The notes under the pieces: model-generated
What the model saw: only the letters and a program-made list of their open reading frames with translations
What the model was told of the DNA's origin: nothing
Database searches by the model: none
Position numbers and translations under genes: made by a program
Origin: Chloropicon primus
Lineage: Eukaryota
NCBI GenBank assembly: GCA_023205875.1
Contig: CP060758.1
Location: forward strand, 868,001-932,000
Reading direction: 5' to 3'
Length of the DNA stretch: 64,000 nucleotides
Shown here: positions 62,401 to 64,000 of the stretch, one piece after another
How the letters are laid out: each line of letters begins with the position of its first letter
Position numbering within the stretch: the stretch's first letter is position 1

Positions 62401-64000
62401 ATGAGCCTGCACCTCCTGTGATCACAGCTGTCTCCTGCATTCCAAAGGAAACATCTCTTCCTGGGCATACAACAACTTTACCTACATGCTTGGCTTGGGA
62501 CATTTGACGCAAGGCAGCATGTACGGAACCAAGACTGTGGATCACCTGAGGCAAAGGTCCAATGCTGCCAGAAGCGAGGAAGCGAGCCGTTTGCAACATC
62601 ATCTGCTGCATTCTGTGTGGCGGCAAGAAATCCACAGCAAGCAGCTCGTATGTCACATCCTGACGCTCCATCCTCACAGACTGGCGTGACCAAATGTCAC
62701 GCTTTCCAATCTCAACCATCCTACCTCCACTGCCCAAAGTGGACAAGGTTGCTCCTACCATACCTGACGACGTCAAGGAGTTCAAAGCAATATCCACACC
62801 ACCAGTGTAGGACACCAACTCTGGATACCGGGTATCTCTCGAGTTCACCACATGCTGAAGCCCCAACGACCTCAGCAAAGAGCGCTTGCGGCTACTTCCA
62901 GCCGTGGCCAAGGCGTTGGAACCACTGGCTTGGACAACCTGGAGAGCGGCAAGACCGACTCCTCCTGCTGCGGCGTGAATGAGGACATTGTCATTGCGCT
63001 GCATGCAAGACGCGTGGGAGAAGGCAATCTGCACTGTCACAAACACGGTGGGCACTGTGGCTGCGGCACTGAATCCAACATTACTGGGCAAGGGAACGAA
63101 CAAATCAGAAAGTGCATTCACTTCCGTACCAAGACAACCCTCTGCGAGGCCAAACACTGACTGACCAACACAGAAGCCGTCTGAACCCTTGGTCTCCACA
63201 ACCACACCAGAGCAATCGCCTCCTGGCAAACCTGGGTCCCCGGGATACATGTCCAAAATATTGAGAACATCACGGAAATTCAGTCCAATGGCGTGTACCT
63301 GAAGGATCATATCCATGGTGGTTTTGGAGAGGGGCTCTAAGGCTTGCAGGGCCAAGCTACTGAAAGAACCTCGTGGACTTGGAACAAGCTGCATGTGAGC
63401 TTGCTTCAAGTGAGCTCTGCTGGCGATGAGAGTAGGCACCAAGACCATTCCCCCACGGAGAGCTTCTCCTTGAACATCTGATTCTGCACTTCTCATCAGC
63501 AGAGAGTCGACAATCAACGCGTTCGCATTGGAACCAACGTTGATTGTGTCCTCGATAGATACGTCAACACCACCGCAGGTCAAATTCTGGCATTCCTGTG
63601 CTACAGTGCGCATCAGACCCCACAGGTGTCCCTGAGACGTGTTGACGTCGTTGATGGGGCAATCAAGAGCTCCATAAGCACCGAAGGTTTGAAGGTTCAT
63701 AGGCATATGACCCTTGTTGATCAAATCACGCACAACGCTGAGGGCCAACCCCATCGAGCTGATTTGAGAATCAGGTTCTAAAATAAGCATTGAATCGGTA
63801 GCAGAACCCAAAGGACTCGATGACTGAGCAAGACAAGCATTCCACTGCACAAAGTAGGTCGTGGATCTCTTTTCTTCAATGGATGCCTTGGAGACCGAGG
63901 TCCCTGAAGACATGCTCTTGGTCAACAAGTTGTACACAGTGCTTGAAGACAGGCCGTTTGGATCTTGAAGGCTATGCTGGCTCATGCTCTTCTGAGCCGA
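56471..64000 (-). CDS. 3' portion of a giant modular type I PKS (5'-truncated by the window): ER-KR-ACP-KS-(DH-like)-ACP-TE-TE*
   Basis: ER LNFRDV and IHAAAGGVG (~63400-62470); KR ITGGAGSLG, HAGGVLAD, GQSNYGAAN (~62430-61800); ACP GLDSLG (~61500); KS DPQQRLLLE, VACASSL, HCIGT, GHQE (~61300-60080); ACP GMDSR (~58960); TE GGHSYGG...GDHF; second TE-like domain with LGFGMG. The frame is open to position 64000. Confidence 0.95.
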   Translation of the reverse strand, partial: SAQKSMSQHSLQDPNGLSSSTVYNLLTKSMSSGTSVSKASIEEKRSTTYFVQWNACLAQSSSPLGSATDSMLILEPDSQISSMGLALSVVRDLINKGHMPMNLQTFGAYGALDCPINDVNTSQGHLWGLMRTVAQECQNLTCGGVDVSIEDTINVGSNANALIVDSLLMRSAESDVQGEALRGGMVLVPTLIASRAHLKQAHMQLVPSPRGSFSSLALQALEPLSKTTMDMILQVHAIGLNFRDVLNILDMYPGDPGLPGGDCSGVVVETKGSDGFCVGQSVFGLAEGCLGTEVNALSDLFVPLPSNVGFSAAATVPTVFVTVQIAFSHASCMQRNDNVLIHAAAGGVGLAALQVVQASGSNALATAGSSRKRSLLRSLGLQHVVNSRDTRYPELVSYTGGVDIALNSLTSSGMVGATLSTLGSGGRMVEIGKRDIWSRQSVRMERQDVTYELLAVDFLPPHRMQQMMLQTARFLASGSIGPLPQVIHSLGSVHAALRQMSQAKHVGKVVVCPGRDVSFGMQETAVITGGAGSLGSALCAWNTGLPIHHTVALGRSGHASATYAEKICSRSSQILMVQSLMKCDASLTSDVEGVVQVMQHQIDVMIHAGGVLADATLLKQSIQKCRSVFAPKQRALDILSRFTSNIRLDSSIMFSSVAAALGSPGQSNYGAANAYLDVFAVRQMSMGSTASSICWGAWSGGGMASQNEQTALRLQRTGMSSLTAEEGMSALACVMQSMQSMTPTPIDVVNPFNWPVFMSHIPKKTHYLSEHASVEFAVSAAQQVPDISFVTGQGAAPVMDEDQIRSHLKSVVCGVIGHDVQPDEPLMAAGLDSLGATEIAHILNDRYGFEVSSTFVIDYPTIDMMVESVMETMNIDSPLDATALVGELPMKAFENQYIQSLCAFGAFRDIGEAENVGTVPMERWDHQYLDTSNLNLSDIPVRFACYLEDVGYFDPSAFRMYKAEATLMDPQQRLLLEETLSLKQQTNFDRDHVGCYIACCALDYTRMPSVQSIPIGSFSFTSAALSVVSGRTSFCFGLRGPSLTVDVACASSLVTTHLGLRYLRESSENSAICGGAMISFVPTSTLSLQNAGFLTEDGRCKSFDAAADGYGRGEACRLAYIHNLDESSVPGMILCSSAVNHSGFSSSLTAPNGPAQEDVIRKSLLMSNTQISAIHVLQTHCIGTALGDPIELKACLTTVKTLQTTSDESSNVGISSRKGATGHQEAAAGIMLLHNAVRTLESNAMPAINHLRSVNPYIADQLSSQKHASLAFPRTRQMLAYQEGAGTIACINSFAAQGTNSNILMKCSEDTRIHENTLINWSKEYLWAALVCPRKIKQVLMSASNPRMKYSKSIFEIPLDTVMSARAAELSVTQRWMIPSSVLLDAIDAAGAAVTDKPSLISNFVVSKYFMVSQAYDLHDSRIVVSLDSDGDISLNVQEKLEEDNTKYKQSHLYTVKAQMSSLNEEAIPDVSIAREYANRLSGSFPVITACYESEENEDTWFLDSMNPRSVLPYKRSYSDLPQILSTIKSYSIRRNIARATKQLVAFENIDGGIDMVVKDRNSQQQLFAFENMTYEEGPISHARKLSLYTDVSELTMQTYKEVDFVRVSSDSSTDDEELSPLYKEKYPEDFEHYKDPKGKNLDDVKSGYEEVLALVKNEVQALIGHTPQDDEPLMSNGMDSRNAMELRSSLNNAIGMKLPATLLYDYQTVEAIAKFTAAAIEKTKAEQAQYSGSEASTPKVAKVQDVKTKSQTPSIKTLRGNVIRPLFLAAPGVANGQSAYFAFMRFLGWCDQPIYTLEKDNEISIFELAKNHVRDMIKIQPYGPYLIGGHSYGGVVALEVAIQLQKIGREIAGVFLFDAPHPCQIRKAELNAIANDKNAVELMEMILNAIDFGHQRQGWANMPFYQKYEYFAPVYRIMRDENFSAVQVREQVLAIASAIKTGSQASDMRSHVFSGYLEKADVYYFRANIRGVVAYMHDEDLDNEEFPHGVGWMDFCSNLKIIDVPGDHFTMLRQPLGDMRMISEPMKQVLVCNGWQELKKEKEVFTLTKEEAAEMEAYLQKMGLRKEDTEALKAKAGLWFVGNEDGNDPNSGPAILDRVKNHDYDYDIDDVRDDNIGTGLVAQFHVALNAKGPQKELTSDDVKVVRLNDVNYTMGDLCCFFFHDVTGYVDLLDDLISCMSIQCFGLQLPDFECLHNVRSIEELVEVYVQAMQIIQPKAPYILLGFGMGCQLAYEAAVQMGPERVASVLFIDGQVTKERGYHQDAIWYGLYTLISQDISVDKFVKEMQRRRRFEDQLQYMLRFCPEDMDPSIWDQTVNEQLCKTHFCAMAAEVYDPEKYYNGSAYLFSSLWSPDADSQEIDSRSFMIKLVSKKHRGLDMEHAIESAEKMECAICESLEYWEKMVKEGCEELLAESRTTLRQIVTKKDQYEDPPYVHKWIMEELPLSADLMWGEGSSTSGNFDQDVGECFEMEDGGWGSDFDSSDQPDIQAVKWDEIDKKLAELRNKGRQ

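Overview
Gene-dense eukaryotic nuclear DNA with short GT-AG introns, short intergenic gaps, high GC3 and TGTAA-type poly(A) signals near several stops. By inference it is a compact green (chlorophyte/prasinophyte-grade) algal genome; the overall style and the F-box/ankyrin family suggest Chloropicon, which I cannot confirm. About 33 protein-coding genes are supportable. They include housekeeping genes (REX4, P5CR, cytochrome b5 reductase, FKBP62, UCH37, GET2, SAS10, SCC2, RPN13, H+-PPase, EEF1AKMT1), the ciliary gene CFAP58, two tandem UDP-glycosyltransferases, a Cys-less pentameric ligand-gated ion channel and the 3' end of a giant trans-AT-like type I PKS that runs off the window edge. Two highlights are not evident from the ORF track. 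(1) A four-exon nuclear gene (52081-52850) splices to a cyanobacterial-type SepF FtsZ anchor with a probable plastid transit peptide. (2) A 58-aa ASDURF/prefoldin-like ORF ends 13 nt before the REX4 start codon, a candidate bicistronic locus. Also notable: a GCKR-like double-SIS protein, a triple HARE-HTH protein whose 5' region has an inverted truncated copy 18 kb away, an EH-UBA-C2(Aida) endocytic adaptor with a 144-bp FxDxF repeat, domain-restricted sequence homogenisation between the two UGTs, and a PKS ending in an active plus a degenerate thioesterase. No rRNA, tRNA or CRISPR array was recognised. All family assignments come from motif recognition by eye; no searches were run.
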